Source: an uncultured Treponemataceae bacterium (lineage in GTDB: Bacteria > Spirochaetota > Spirochaetia > Treponematales > UBA12059). Taken from it: a stretch of DNA of 64,000 nucleotides. Location of the stretch: assembly GCA_964482955.1 (NCBI GenBank), contig CAYZZW010000006.1, forward strand, positions 2,585 to 66,584, given 5' to 3'. A program made the position numbers and the translations under genes. A model generated the notes under the pieces. It had not been told where the DNA came from and did not search any database. It worked only from the letters and a program-made list of their open reading frames with translations. Positions 36,025-47,624 of this stretch are shown here, piece after piece; the first letter of the stretch is position 1, and each line of letters begins with the position of its first letter.

Positions 36025-38016
36025 TCAGCGCCAAGCGGGGCGCGGCGCCTGCGTGGCGAGGCGTTTTCCGACCAGGTCGGGAAGATACCTGACGAGCGCG
36101 CGGGACACGACGGAAGCTCCCGCAAACTCGTTCGCGATCGAGACGGAGATCGTCCCGGTCAGCGCGGGCCGGACGGGAATCCGGATACCGCCCACGGCCA
36201 GCACCGACGAAGCGGCGGCCGGCTCGAGCGAGCAGGAAGGAAGCTGGCCCGGCGGAAGTGCGCCCGAGCCGATCCTGGCGCCGTTCAAGGTCGCCCGGAA
36301 TCCGCCGTTCGCGTCGAACGCGACGACGAGGGTTCCGGCGCCGGAGGACTTCATGATCACGGACAGCGGCGCTCCGGCGACTTCGACGCGGAAGGGCCGA
36401 TCCGCCCGGACGTCCGCGGCCGCGGTAAAACGACCGTCCGTCGGAAGCGTCACGCCGGGCATGCCCGGACGTCGCGCGAAGGCCGAGTATGGCGCCGAAT
36501 CCGAAAGCGATTCGAACCCGGACGCCCACACGAGGTCGTCGCGGTATTCGGAGGCGGCCGCCTCGGCGAAGGCCGGATACAGGTCAGCCGCGCCGTTCGA
36601 AAGGGCGCAATAGAGGCCGAAATCGTCATAGAGCGCCGGGAAACCGTCCGAGCCCGCGACCATCGCCGGACCGGAGTATCCCCACACGGAGGAACGGGCG
36701 TCGAACGGCGCCTGACGCACCGCGTTGACGACGCCGTCGTACGCGAAAAACACCTCGAGCCGGTCCTTGGCGGGCACGACGGAGACGGCCAGCGTGAGGG
36801 CTCGCGCCGGAAGCGTTTCGCCGGCGTCGAAACGGACGATCCGGTCCTTCGCGGAAAACGCGAGATACGGCCGACCGGCGTCGACGCCGAGGGTCACGGA
36901 ACGGCTTTCGCCGAAATCGTGGGCATAGACGACGCCCGACGCGTTCGCTTCGGGAAGGAACCGGACGACGATGGTGTGCGGCAGGAGGGAGCCGGACAGC
37001 GTCGGCCAGCGGGCGGCGCTGACGGAGACGCCGGCGCCCGAATATTTCCAGCCGTCCTCGATGCCCGCCGGACGGGCGCCGAGCCGATAGCCGAATCCGC
37101 CGGGGTAGGCGTCGAGATAGGGCTTTCCGAAAAACGCGGCGTCCGCCCACGCGGCGCGGGCGTCGGCCGGAGTCCCCTCGAATTTGAAGAGGGACGCGAA
37201 GCCGCGGCCGGAGCGCAGGAGCGGCGCGTCGGAACCGCGCTCGCGCACGAGCAGCTTGACGGTCTTGCGGACCGGCGAGTCGAAATCGAAGGACTGGCCC
37301 GCGGGCGGCGGGAAGGGGTACAGATCGAGGCTGACGGTCACGGCGCCCGGCATCGAGGTCCCCGGCCACACGATGCGGTCGAATCCTGCGGAGACGGGAC
37401 CGGAGCCGCCCTGCAGCGGAAGGCCGCCCGTCGACCAGACCGCGTAGGGCGCCAGGGAAGCCGGGGCATCGGTCCTGACCGTGAGGAGGCCGGCGTCGCC
37501 GACGGCGAACGACGAGGGATACACGCCGATTTCGGCGTCCATGACGCCCTTCGACACCTTGAAGACGCGCAGGCTGCCCGACTGGAGGGTTTTATCCGAC
37601 TCGTTGCGGAACTCGTACTCGAAGCGATAGAAACCGTCGGCCGGTTCGTCGGCCATGACGGCGTTCATCTTCGCCGTCTCGAAGGAATCGACCGTGCGCT
37701 GGCCGGGGAGGGCCTTGGCGCCCTTGCGGACGTAGGCGGTGGAGGAAACCGGGACGCCAGCCGCGTCGTACACCTTGAGCTCGAAGACGACCGGTTCCTC
37801 GGCGCCGTCGAGCACCTGGACGCCGAAGGACGCGAGCGACAGGGAGGGAAGGATGGCGCCGTCGCGGATGGGCAGGGAGGATCGGGTGGCGCTGACGGCA
37901 TACAGCTCGTCGCGCTCGTCGTCCGTCAGGAATCCCGTCGACGCCTGGCAGGCTCCCAGGATCGAGGCGAGGAAAATGACGATGACAAGCGGCGCCCCGA
38001 GGCGTTTCACGACCAT
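36025..38016 (-). CDS. large lipoprotein with LamG/concanavalin-like lectin domain(s)
   Basis: 663 aa from MVVKRLGAPLVIVIFLASILGAC. LamG-like TIVVRFLP...VVYAHDFG...LAVSVVPAKDRLEVFFAYDGV...ALYDDFGLY. Confidence 0.7.
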   Translation of the reverse strand: MVVKRLGAPLVIVIFLASILGACQASTGFLTDDERDELYAVSATRSSLPIRDGAILPSLSLASFGVQVLDGAEEPVVFELKVYDAAGVPVSSTAYVRKGAKALPGQRTVDSFETAKMNAVMADEPADGFYRFEYEFRNESDKTLQSGSLRVFKVSKGVMDAEIGVYPSSFAVGDAGLLTVRTDAPASLAPYAVWSTGGLPLQGGSGPVSAGFDRIVWPGTSMPGAVTVSLDLYPFPPPAGQSFDFDSPVRKTVKLLVRERGSDAPLLRSGRGFASLFKFEGTPADARAAWADAAFFGKPYLDAYPGGFGYRLGARPAGIEDGWKYSGAGVSVSAARWPTLSGSLLPHTIVVRFLPEANASGVVYAHDFGESRSVTLGVDAGRPYLAFSAKDRIVRFDAGETLPARALTLAVSVVPAKDRLEVFFAYDGVVNAVRQAPFDARSSVWGYSGPAMVAGSDGFPALYDDFGLYCALSNGAADLYPAFAEAAASEYRDDLVWASGFESLSDSAPYSAFARRPGMPGVTLPTDGRFTAAADVRADRPFRVEVAGAPLSVIMKSSGAGTLVVAFDANGGFRATLNGARIGSGALPPGQLPSCSLEPAAASSVLAVGGIRIPVRPALTGTISVSIANEFAGASVVSRALVRYLPDLVGKRLATQAPRPAWR

Positions 38017-38142
38017 GCACTCCCGTGTGGAGCGTCCGGAATCGGATCCGAGAAACTCCAGCAAATAGTATACCCCTGATTTCGGGCAATATCAATCATG
38101 TGGAGATATTGGAAGATTTAATCTTTCGAATATAGCCTCTTT

Positions 38143-39339
38143 CTATCGGGGCACGAACACGTAGCCTTTGCCGCCTTCGATCTCGACCTTCGTGCCGAAG
38201 CGCGCCGACCACGTCGCGAGCCCGTCGAGCGTCGCCTTCGCCTCTTCCGGAGTGGCCGGACGCGGCACGCAGCTTCCCCGGTCGATCGTCACCGGCTCGA
38301 TTTCCACGCGTTCCACCCGGTTCCCGTCCAGCGCGACGCGGAACAGGGCGCTCTGATAGGTCGGGTCGGCGGCCATGTCGAACACGAAATTCCCCATCGA
38401 ATAGAGGATGAGGCCGCTTTTATACCGTTCGACGCTCTGGAGCACGTGGGGATGGTGGCCGAGCACCACGCTCGCGCCGGCATCGATGGCCGCGCGGCCG
38501 AATTCGAGCTGGAAGGCGCGCGGGATGCGCTGGTGCTCGTCGCCCCAGTGCACCGACACGAAGACGTGGTCGTACGCGGCGCGGGCGGCCTTCACGTCGG
38601 CGACCAGGTCCGCGACGATCGCGTGGGCGACGCCCGGGCTGGACGGTCCGGCGGGGGTGACGCTCCAAAAGCCCTCCGCGTAGGCCAGGAACGCGATCGA
38701 GAGTCCGTTCGCCGTCGCGACGGCGGGCGTCCGCGCCTCGGCGATATCCGCGCCAGCGCCGCAGCGCTTCAGCCCGGACAGGTCGAAGTAATCGAGCGTC
38801 TCGAGCACGGCTTGCGGGCCGTAGTCGTTCATGTGGTTGTTGGCGAGCGACACGACGTCGAAGCCCGCCCACTTGAGCGAAAAGACGACACCCGGCGAGG
38901 CCCGGAAGGTGACGTTGTCCGGCTTGCCGGGGTAATGCGTGCCCACGAAGGAGGCAGGGCATTCCAGGTTGACGAAGGCGAGATCGGCGGCGCGGATGGC
39001 GTCCGTCAGTTTGGAAAACGGCGTTTGGTACCCGGTCTTCTGGATGTTCGTCCCCGGGTGCCGCGTGAGGAGCACGTCGCCGACCGCGAGCACGGTGGCC
39101 TTGCCGCGCGTGGGGAGCGCGTAGGCGGCGTCCGGCAGCGCGAGCCGGACAGCCGCGTCCGGCGTGTCGGCGTCGGCGGGCAGGTCGGCGGCACGTGTGC
39201 CAGCAGCACGAGCCTCCGGAGCGGCGCCCGCGGGCAGGGCGGCGGCGGGGACGCCGCACGACGCGAGCGCGGCGCAGACCGCCAGGGCGGCGGCCGCGGT
39301 CATCGTCGCCCCGAACGCGAAACGCGGCGCGGCGCGCAC
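38143..39339 (-). CDS. CapA/PgsA-family metallophosphatase-fold lipoprotein
   Basis: 398 aa. AALASC lipobox. VGDVLL, NLECP, LANNHMNDYG, HWGDEH, GHHPHV motifs. GTG start 3 nt after the nadE stop. Confidence 0.85.
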   Translation of the reverse strand: MRAAPRFAFGATMTAAAALAVCAALASCGVPAAALPAGAAPEARAAGTRAADLPADADTPDAAVRLALPDAAYALPTRGKATVLAVGDVLLTRHPGTNIQKTGYQTPFSKLTDAIRAADLAFVNLECPASFVGTHYPGKPDNVTFRASPGVVFSLKWAGFDVVSLANNHMNDYGPQAVLETLDYFDLSGLKRCGAGADIAEARTPAVATANGLSIAFLAYAEGFWSVTPAGPSSPGVAHAIVADLVADVKAARAAYDHVFVSVHWGDEHQRIPRAFQLEFGRAAIDAGASVVLGHHPHVLQSVERYKSGLILYSMGNFVFDMAADPTYQSALFRVALDGNRVERVEIEPVTIDRGSCVPRPATPEEAKATLDGLATWSARFGTKVEIEGGKGYVFVPR

Positions 39340-39342
39340 GCG

Positions 39343-40983
<1,641 letters not shown>

Positions 40984-41082
40984 GCGTCGTTCCCCCATGC
41001 TTCCGGCACGCGTTTCGGGCGCCCGGTCCGCTGCGATACTACAACGCGACCCGCGGCTTGGCAACGTCGAAGGCGCGCGAAC

Positions 41083-41117
41083 TTGCCACAAGCCGGGGCG
41101 CGTAGTAGACTGCGCCC
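41083..41117 (+). promoter_or_regulatory. sigma70-like promoter abutting a GTG start (leaderless-type)
   Basis: TTGCCA (41083-88), 17 nt, TAGACT (41106-11), 6 nt, GTG 41118. Confidence 0.55.
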
Positions 41118-41795
41118 GTGAAAACCTCCACGCTCATCGTGTCGTACGACCCCGATTTCGCGCGCGCCATCGCGTCCGAACTCGCGCTCGTGGAGCGCGC
41201 GCCCGTCGTCGCCGTCGCGGAGCCGGCGGATCCCGGAGCGGACGGCATTTCCTGGCGCCCGTCGTCCTACGCGTCCACGCGGAGCGTCATCGTCGAAGCC
41301 GGCTGCGCGGAAGGCGGCTTTTCCGAAGCCGTGCTCGTCGCGCCCTACCCGGCCGCCGCCGACGAGGACGACTCCGTCCCGGTCGCGGAGCGCGTTCAGG
41401 CATACGAACCGCCCGGCACGTTGGCCGGCGCCGTGGACGCGCGGGCCGTCGGCTTCATGACCATGGCGCGCGAACTGGCGACCAAGCTCTCGGGCGGCGG
41501 CGGCAGGTTGCTCCTCGTCCACCCGCCCGCCGAATCCTTCGCCGCCGCGAACGCGCCCCTGTCCGAGCAGGCGGCTTCGGGCGCGGTCGACGCCTTCGCC
41601 GCGGGCATGGCGCGCCTGTCCACCGCGATCGAATCCGGCCAGCCGATCTGCGACGCCTTCGAGATCGTCGACACCTGCCCCCAGCGGGAGCTTACGGCGC
41701 AGTTCGTCGCCCGCGCCCTCGCCAAGCCCTTCGACCGCAAGGCGTCGCGGGTACTCCGCTGGAACGGCAAGACGGGCATCTTCGGGCTCTTTTAG
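41118..41795 (+). CDS. hypothetical protein, degenerate Rossmann/SDR-like
   Basis: 225 aa. SDR-like layout (STLIVSYDPDFARAIASELA ... GRLLLVHPP ... SGAVDAFAAGMARL) but lacks the Gly-rich NAD motif and the Y-x-x-x-K catalytic pair. Confidence 0.55.
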   Translation: MKTSTLIVSYDPDFARAIASELALVERAPVVAVAEPADPGADGISWRPSSYASTRSVIVEAGCAEGGFSEAVLVAPYPAAADEDDSVPVAERVQAYEPPGTLAGAVDARAVGFMTMARELATKLSGGGGRLLLVHPPAESFAAANAPLSEQAASGAVDAFAAGMARLSTAIESGQPICDAFEIVDTCPQRELTAQFVARALAKPFDRKASRVLRWNGKTGIFGLF

Positions 41796-41803
41796 CCGAT
41801 ACG

Positions 41804-42643
41804 ATGGGCAACTCCGCGCTGTTGGCCTTCGCGGCCACGACCGTCGCCGGCCTCGCCACCGGCGTCGGCAGCCTCATCGCGCTCACCTCGAAACGCTCGA
41901 CGACGCGCTTCCTGTCGGTGTCGCTCGGGTTCTCCGCGGGCGTGATGATCTTCGTGGCGCTCGGCGAGCTGTTCGGCGACGCCGTGAAGCACCTGACCGG
42001 CATCTGGGGGCCGCGCGGCGGCTACTGGGCGGCGCTCGCGGGCTTTTTCGGCGGCATGGGCCTCATCGCGCTGATCGACAAGCTCGTGCCCGAAGCGGTG
42101 AACCCGCACGAAGCCCGCGCCGAGGAAGCCGCCGAGCACGAAGCCGCGGGCGTGCCGAGCTGTCCCGACCTCGCGCCGCCGAAACACGGCGCCCGGCTAC
42201 TCCGCATGGGCCTGCTCACCGCCCTCGTCATCGCGATCCACAACTTCCCCGAGGGCATCGCGACGCTCTTCGCCTCGCTCGAAAGCCCCCGCTTCGGCAT
42301 TGCCATCGCCTTCGCCATCGCCATCCACAACATCCCCGAAGGCATCGCCGTGTCCGTGCCGGTCTACTACGCCACCGGTTCGAGGAAACGCGCGTTCTGG
42401 TACTCGTTCGCCACCGGCCTGTCCGAGCCGCTCGGCGCGGCCATCGGCTACGTGTTCCTCCGGAACCATATCGGCGGGCCGCTCTTCGGCTTCGTCGTCG
42501 CGGCCGTGGCCGGCATCATGATCTACATCTCGCTCGACGAGCTCCTGCCGTCCGCACGGGAATACGGCAAGCCCCACCTGGCGATGGCCGGCCTCTTCGG
42601 CGGCATGGCCGTGATGGGCGTGAGCCTCGCGCTGACGATCTGA
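41804..42643 (+). CDS. zupT: zinc transporter ZupT (ZIP family)
   Basis: 279 aa. HNFPEGIA and IHNIPEGIAV motifs. Confidence 0.9.
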   Translation: MGNSALLAFAATTVAGLATGVGSLIALTSKRSTTRFLSVSLGFSAGVMIFVALGELFGDAVKHLTGIWGPRGGYWAALAGFFGGMGLIALIDKLVPEAVNPHEARAEEAAEHEAAGVPSCPDLAPPKHGARLLRMGLLTALVIAIHNFPEGIATLFASLESPRFGIAIAFAIAIHNIPEGIAVSVPVYYATGSRKRAFWYSFATGLSEPLGAAIGYVFLRNHIGGPLFGFVVAAVAGIMIYISLDELLPSAREYGKPHLAMAGLFGGMAVMGVSLALTI

Positions 42644-42650
42644 AGCGGGA

Positions 42651-43373
42651 CTACTTCCTCGGCACGAGCGCCCGCCCCGTCAGCAGCCAACGCGCCCAGT
42701 CGGGGCGGCCGTTCGATTCGGCGCGGGCGGCGGCGGCTTCCTCGTCGTAGCGGACGAAGCGTATCGAGACGGCTGCATCGTCGAGCAGGACGTACGAAGC
42801 GTAGGCATTGAAGGTTTCCATGACGTGAGGCGGCGAGTCGTCGTCGTACGCGGGCAGGCCGACGCTGCCGGCGTTGATCAGCGTCGTGCCGTCGACCGAA
42901 ACGACGCGCGGGACGTGGCTGTGGCCGAAGGCGGCCCTGGTCGTGGGTATGGCGCCGAGACGGCTCAGGATGGCCGCGGCGGATTTGACGCGGGCGTGGC
43001 CGTCGGACAGCTCTTCGAGAAAATAGTCCGTGTAGCTGCCCGGCGACGCGTGGAACAGGGTCAAGTCGCCGACCGTCAGGATCGGGGAGAACGACGCCAG
43101 CCACGCGAGCGAAGGTTCCGAGAGGCTGTCGCGCGTGAAGCGGAGGGTCGGCGAGGCGTCGGGCCGCCTGAGGACGTCGTCGTCGCAGTTGCCCATGACG
43201 CCGGGGACGTGCCGTTCCATGAGGAAGCGCGCCGTCTCCTCGGGCCAAAGCGGGCCGTAGAGCGTGTCGCCGAGGTTGTAGACGGCGTCGGCCTTTTCCC
43301 GCTCGAGGTCGGCCCACACCGCCTCGAGGGCCGGCAGGTTGCCGTGGATGTCGGAGATCAGCGCGACGCGCAT
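42651..43373 (-). CDS. metallophosphoesterase (YfcE/MJ0936-like)
   Basis: 240 aa. MRVALISDIHGN, GDTLYGP, GNCD, GHSH motifs. Confidence 0.85.
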   Translation of the reverse strand: MRVALISDIHGNLPALEAVWADLEREKADAVYNLGDTLYGPLWPEETARFLMERHVPGVMGNCDDDVLRRPDASPTLRFTRDSLSEPSLAWLASFSPILTVGDLTLFHASPGSYTDYFLEELSDGHARVKSAAAILSRLGAIPTTRAAFGHSHVPRVVSVDGTTLINAGSVGLPAYDDDSPPHVMETFNAYASYVLLDDAAVSIRFVRYDEEAAAARAESNGRPDWARWLLTGRALVPRK

Positions 43374-43390
43374 CGCCGTTTCCCTCGTCC

Positions 43391-44428
43391 CTATCGACGC
43401 TTGTCGCTTTTCCCGGCGTCGGCGCCCGAACCGTCGGGGGCGGACTTGTCGGTTGAAGCCGGCAAGCCGGTTCCCATGCGTTCTTCGGGGGTGTACTTCC
43501 GGTTCTTCGTCGCGAAGACGAACAGGAGCCCGCCCGCGATCATGAGCAGGCACAGCACCTGACCTTGCGAAAAGTTCCAGGGACTCGAAAACAGGTGGAT
43601 GTTCGCGTCCGGGTCGGCGAGCGGCAGGACGTAGCCGAGCTGGGCGTCCGGTTCGCGGAAGTACTCGACGAAGAAGCGCACGAAGCCGTAGCCGGCGATG
43701 TACATGCCCGAGGCGAAGCCCTTCCACGGCATGCGCGGCCTCACGAGGAACCAGAGGACCAGCCACAGGAGGACGCCCTCGAACAGGGCTTCGTAGAGCT
43801 GCGACGGATGGCGCGGCAGGTTCACCATCGACGACGACGCCGTCATGCCGATCGCCTCAAGCGCCGTGCGCACCCAGGGTTCGCCCGCGCGGAAGGGTTC
43901 CGCGTTCGGGAAGACCATACCGAAGGGTGAGGTCGTCACCTTGCCGTAGAGCTCGCCGTTGATGAAGTTGCCGAGCCGCCCGAAGGTGTAGCCGAGCGGC
44001 ACCGACACCGCGATCATGTCGGCCCACTGGAGATAATCGAGCTTGTGCCGGACGGCATAGATGATCGATCCGGCGAGCACGCCGATGAAGCCGCCGTGGA
44101 ACGAGAGGCCGGAAAATCCCGTGAAGTGCCAGTTTTCGTCCACCGGCAGCACCGCGAGCCAGGGCATGCGGAGGAAGACGCCCGACCGGTCGTAGAACAG
44201 GACGTAGAAGACGCGGGCTCCGACGATGAGCCCGAGGATCGCCGAGCCGAAGAAGCCGCCGATGTCGTCCTCGGAGAAGCCGAGCTTGCGGTTCTTCACC
44301 TGCCATTTGAACAAAAGGTAGGCGACCGCGAACGCGACCACGTACATGAGGCCGTACCAGCGCAGCAGGGGAAAGCCCGGGATGATTTCGGGCCGGATCC
44401 ACGCGGGGAAATTCACGAAGGCGGGCAT
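43391..44428 (-). CDS. lgt: prolipoprotein diacylglyceryl transferase with C-terminal extension
   Basis: 345 aa. LRWYGLMYVVAF, GRLGNFINGELYG, HPSQLYEALFEG. AAGGAG SD. Confidence 0.92.
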   Translation of the reverse strand: MPAFVNFPAWIRPEIIPGFPLLRWYGLMYVVAFAVAYLLFKWQVKNRKLGFSEDDIGGFFGSAILGLIVGARVFYVLFYDRSGVFLRMPWLAVLPVDENWHFTGFSGLSFHGGFIGVLAGSIIYAVRHKLDYLQWADMIAVSVPLGYTFGRLGNFINGELYGKVTTSPFGMVFPNAEPFRAGEPWVRTALEAIGMTASSSMVNLPRHPSQLYEALFEGVLLWLVLWFLVRPRMPWKGFASGMYIAGYGFVRFFVEYFREPDAQLGYVLPLADPDANIHLFSSPWNFSQGQVLCLLMIAGGLLFVFATKNRKYTPEERMGTGLPASTDKSAPDGSGADAGKSDKRR

Positions 44429-44462
44429 GCTCGCTCCTTGGGCGATACGGACCCGGGCGGCC

Positions 44463-45605
44463 TCAGGGCTTGAAGCCCTGCTGGATCGCCTTGGCCAGTT
44501 TGTATTTGTAGAGCTGGTTTTCCTTGCGGAGCTGGCCGATCTCGTACTGCTGGGACCGCACGGTCTCCACGAGGTCGGCCTGCGTGAGGGCGCCGGACTG
44601 CAGGAGGTCTTCCACGTATTCCTCGCGCGCCTCGAAGTCGATCTCCGCCTCGAGCTCGGCGGCCTGGAAGGACTCGTCGAGCAGGTCTTCGGTGAGGAGC
44701 TCGTCCTCCTCGTCCTCCGCGGAGACGATCTTGTCCGCGATGCGGTAGACGGCCTGCGCCAGGAGCGACTGCGGCTTGTAGCGGATGACGGGGATGCGGC
44801 TCCCGAGGGCGATGTCCTGGAAGGCGTCTCGGGCGATGACGCCGAGGTGCTCGAGCCCGACGTTCAGGTACTCGCCCGCCGAGCGGCGGATCTTGGACGC
44901 GCGGTCCGCGGTCTTCGGGTCCTCCAGCATGTTGAGGACGAGGCGCGGCCGGAACGCGGTCATCCGCCCGGCCAGCTTCGCGTGGCTCTCGGGATCGATC
45001 TGCGCCACCTTGTCGAGGATCGCGGGGATGAAGATCTTCTGGAAGCTGGCGCCGTCCTTCCGGAGGCTCTCGAGGAACAGGAACGCGGGCGACTGCTTCT
45101 TGAAGCTCGAGTACATGAGCCGGAACACGGCGTTCTTGAGGAAAAGGTACGCGTTGAGCGTGGCCGTGAGGGCGGGCGTGGTCACCACGATGCCGCGCGA
45201 GGACATGAGGAAGAAGTCGAGGATGTTCGTGCTCGTGCCGGCGCCGAGGTCGAGCACGAGGTAGTCCGCCTCCATGCCGAGGAGGCGGCGGATGAGCGCG
45301 GCTTTCTGCTTCTGGTTGATGTTCGCGAGCCCGGGGATCTCGGCGTCGCCGGGGACGAAGCGGAGGCCGGGGTAGTCGGTGTCGAGGACGATCTCGGAGA
45401 AGTCGGAACCCGGCGTCGACAGGAAGGTGCCGATGCCCTTCTTGACGACCGGCATGCCGAGGATGATGTGGAGGTTCGAGGCGCCCAGGTCCAGGTCCGC
45501 GAGCACGACCCGCTTGCCCGCCTGGGCGAGCGCGATGGACAGGTTGGCCGCGACGAGGGATTTCCCGACGCCGCCCTTCCCGCTCGCGATCGGCAGTATG
45601 TGCAT
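44463..45605 (-). CDS. MinD/ParA/FlhG-family P-loop ATPase with acidic coiled-coil C-terminal extension
   Basis: 380 aa. Deviant Walker A SGKGGVGKS, DLDLGASN. About 100-aa Glu/Asp-rich C-terminus. Confidence 0.85.
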   Translation of the reverse strand: MHILPIASGKGGVGKSLVAANLSIALAQAGKRVVLADLDLGASNLHIILGMPVVKKGIGTFLSTPGSDFSEIVLDTDYPGLRFVPGDAEIPGLANINQKQKAALIRRLLGMEADYLVLDLGAGTSTNILDFFLMSSRGIVVTTPALTATLNAYLFLKNAVFRLMYSSFKKQSPAFLFLESLRKDGASFQKIFIPAILDKVAQIDPESHAKLAGRMTAFRPRLVLNMLEDPKTADRASKIRRSAGEYLNVGLEHLGVIARDAFQDIALGSRIPVIRYKPQSLLAQAVYRIADKIVSAEDEEDELLTEDLLDESFQAAELEAEIDFEAREEYVEDLLQSGALTQADLVETVRSQQYEIGQLRKENQLYKYKLAKAIQQGFKP

Positions 45606-45623
45606 GCCCTTCCTCCCGGTCGC

Positions 45624-46073
45624 CTAGTCGGCGCTGGCCTGGTCGTCGACCGCGGCGGGGGTCGGGGTAACGGACGCCGCGGACGCGCGGACGAGGGACG
45701 CCGCGCAGAAACCCGCCACCGCCAGGTCGTAGCCGAGCGCGAGCGCCACCACGCCGAGCCGCGACGCGTCCTCGGGGGCGAGGCCCTGGCCGGCGACCAG
45801 CGCGAACACGCGCGTCGCGGCGAAGGGCAGGAACGCGGCGGCGCCGACCGCCTTGGCGAACGCGACGAACGACGCGAGCCGCCCGCCGCCCTCCCCGTCG
45901 CGCCAGAGGAAAAAGAGCGCCGGCGCGCAGAAAAGCTGCGGCAGGATCATCGCCCGGAAGAGGAGCTCGCCCTCGGCCGAGGGGGAGACGACGGACCTGA
46001 CGACGGCCGATAGGGCCGCGAAACGGACGAATTCGAGCGCGGCGCCCGCGAGATACGGTTTCTTCCTATTCAT
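45624..46073 (-). CDS. small hydrophobic membrane protein, unknown function
   Basis: 149 aa, about 4 hydrophobic segments, 18 nt upstream of the ATPase gene. Confidence 0.55.
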   Translation of the reverse strand: MNRKKPYLAGAALEFVRFAALSAVVRSVVSPSAEGELLFRAMILPQLFCAPALFFLWRDGEGGGRLASFVAFAKAVGAAAFLPFAATRVFALVAGQGLAPEDASRLGVVALALGYDLAVAGFCAASLVRASAASVTPTPAAVDDQASAD

Positions 46074-46131
46074 AATGCGCCATCAGTCTAAAGACCGCCC
46101 ACCCACCCGTCAAGCCTTCCGTAATCGAGGA

Positions 46132-46169
46132 TTGACCCGGAACGGAGAAAGCGTGGTACATTCTACGCC
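46132..46169 (+). promoter_or_regulatory. promoter with extended -10 abutting the ctpA ATG (leaderless-type)
   Basis: TTGACC (46132-37), 19 nt, TGgTACATT (-10 at 46157-62), 7 nt, ATG 46170. Confidence 0.5.
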
Positions 46170-47624
46170 ATGGCCACCAAACGTTTCCCCGGCCGCGACG
46201 CGATCGCCTGGATCGCCTTCGCCGCCCTCCTCCTCGTCTTCTCGAGCGCCCTCGCGTTCGCCCAGGACCGCGACAACGACGCCTACTTCGACACCCTCCG
46301 CTCGGTGTTCGACTTCGTCATGAACAACTACGTCGACGAGGTCGATCCCCAGGTCCTCTACGAGGGCGCGATGAAGGGCATGCTCGATTCGCTCGGCGAC
46401 CCGTACTCGACTTACATGGACGAGGCGCTGACGAGCGATTTCAACGACACGACCACCGGCAACTTCGGCGGCCTCGGCCTCTACATCCAGAAAGTCGCCC
46501 CCGACTCCCTCAAACCCGGCGACAGTCCCTACGTCGAAATCGTGGCGCCGATCGAGGACACGCCGGGCGCCCGCGCCGGCATCCGCCCGGGCGACTACAT
46601 CTCCGAGATAGACGGCGAGTCCACCGCGCCGCTCACGATGGACGAAGTCCTCCTCAAGCTCCGCGGCACGCCCGGCACGCAGGTGACCATCACCGTGCTC
46701 CGCGGCGAGTCGATCACCTTCAAGTCGACCATCACCCGCGCCGTCATCGAGGTGCCGACGATCAAGAAGGCGATGCTGCCGGACGGCACGGCCTACCTCC
46801 GCATCATCGAGTTCACGCCCCAGACGCCCACCCGCATCCGCGAGGCGATCGACTGGTTCAAGTCGCAGGGCTACCGGGCGATGGTGATCGACCTCCGCAA
46901 CAACCCCGGCGGCCTCCTCGCGTCGGTCATCTCCATCGCGGACCTGTTCCTCGCGGACGGCGTCATCGTCTCCACGAAATCGCGCGTCGTCTACGAAAAC
47001 GCGGTCTACAAGGCCAAGCCGGACCTGGCGGTGCCAGCCAACGTGCCCATCGTCGTGCTCGTCAACAAGGGCTCCGCGAGCGCCTCCGAGATTCTCGCCG
47101 GCGCCCTCAAGGACCACCGACGCGCCTACCTCGTGGGCGAGAAGAGCTACGGCAAAGGCGCCGTCCAGCAGATCATCCCGCTCGGCGACGGCTCCACCGG
47201 CTTCAAGCTGACCATGTCGCGCTACTACACCCCGAGCGACGCGAACATCGACAAGAAGGGCATCCAGCCCGACCTCGAGATCCTCGAGCCGGCGCTGTCA
47301 CCCGAGGCGGAAAAGGACCTCACAAAGCTCTTCGAGGACAAGACCATCGAGAACTGGGTGAAGGCCCATCCGGAAGCGACCGAGAAGGAGCGCGCCGCCT
47401 TCGTCCGCGGCCTCATCTCGGGCGGCGTCCGCCTGGACGAGCGCGTGCTCGGGAAGCTCCTCCGCAACGAGTTCGACAAGACGAAGGACGCGCCCGCCTA
47501 CGACCTCGATTACGACCTCCAGCTCCAGGAGGCGCTCAAGCTCATCAAGTCGGGCCAGCTGCCCTCGCTCCTCTCGCGGACGAAGACCGTCCGCGAGCTC
47601 CAGGACGCCTCCGCGAAGAAATAA
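46170..47624 (+). CDS. ctpA: S41 family C-terminal processing peptidase
   Basis: 484 aa with PDZ. GGLLASVISIADLF and NKGSASASEILAGALKD (Ser/Lys dyad region). Confidence 0.9.
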   Translation: MATKRFPGRDAIAWIAFAALLLVFSSALAFAQDRDNDAYFDTLRSVFDFVMNNYVDEVDPQVLYEGAMKGMLDSLGDPYSTYMDEALTSDFNDTTTGNFGGLGLYIQKVAPDSLKPGDSPYVEIVAPIEDTPGARAGIRPGDYISEIDGESTAPLTMDEVLLKLRGTPGTQVTITVLRGESITFKSTITRAVIEVPTIKKAMLPDGTAYLRIIEFTPQTPTRIREAIDWFKSQGYRAMVIDLRNNPGGLLASVISIADLFLADGVIVSTKSRVVYENAVYKAKPDLAVPANVPIVVLVNKGSASASEILAGALKDHRRAYLVGEKSYGKGAVQQIIPLGDGSTGFKLTMSRYYTPSDANIDKKGIQPDLEILEPALSPEAEKDLTKLFEDKTIENWVKAHPEATEKERAAFVRGLISGGVRLDERVLGKLLRNEFDKTKDAPAYDLDYDLQLQEALKLIKSGQLPSLLSRTKTVRELQDASAKK

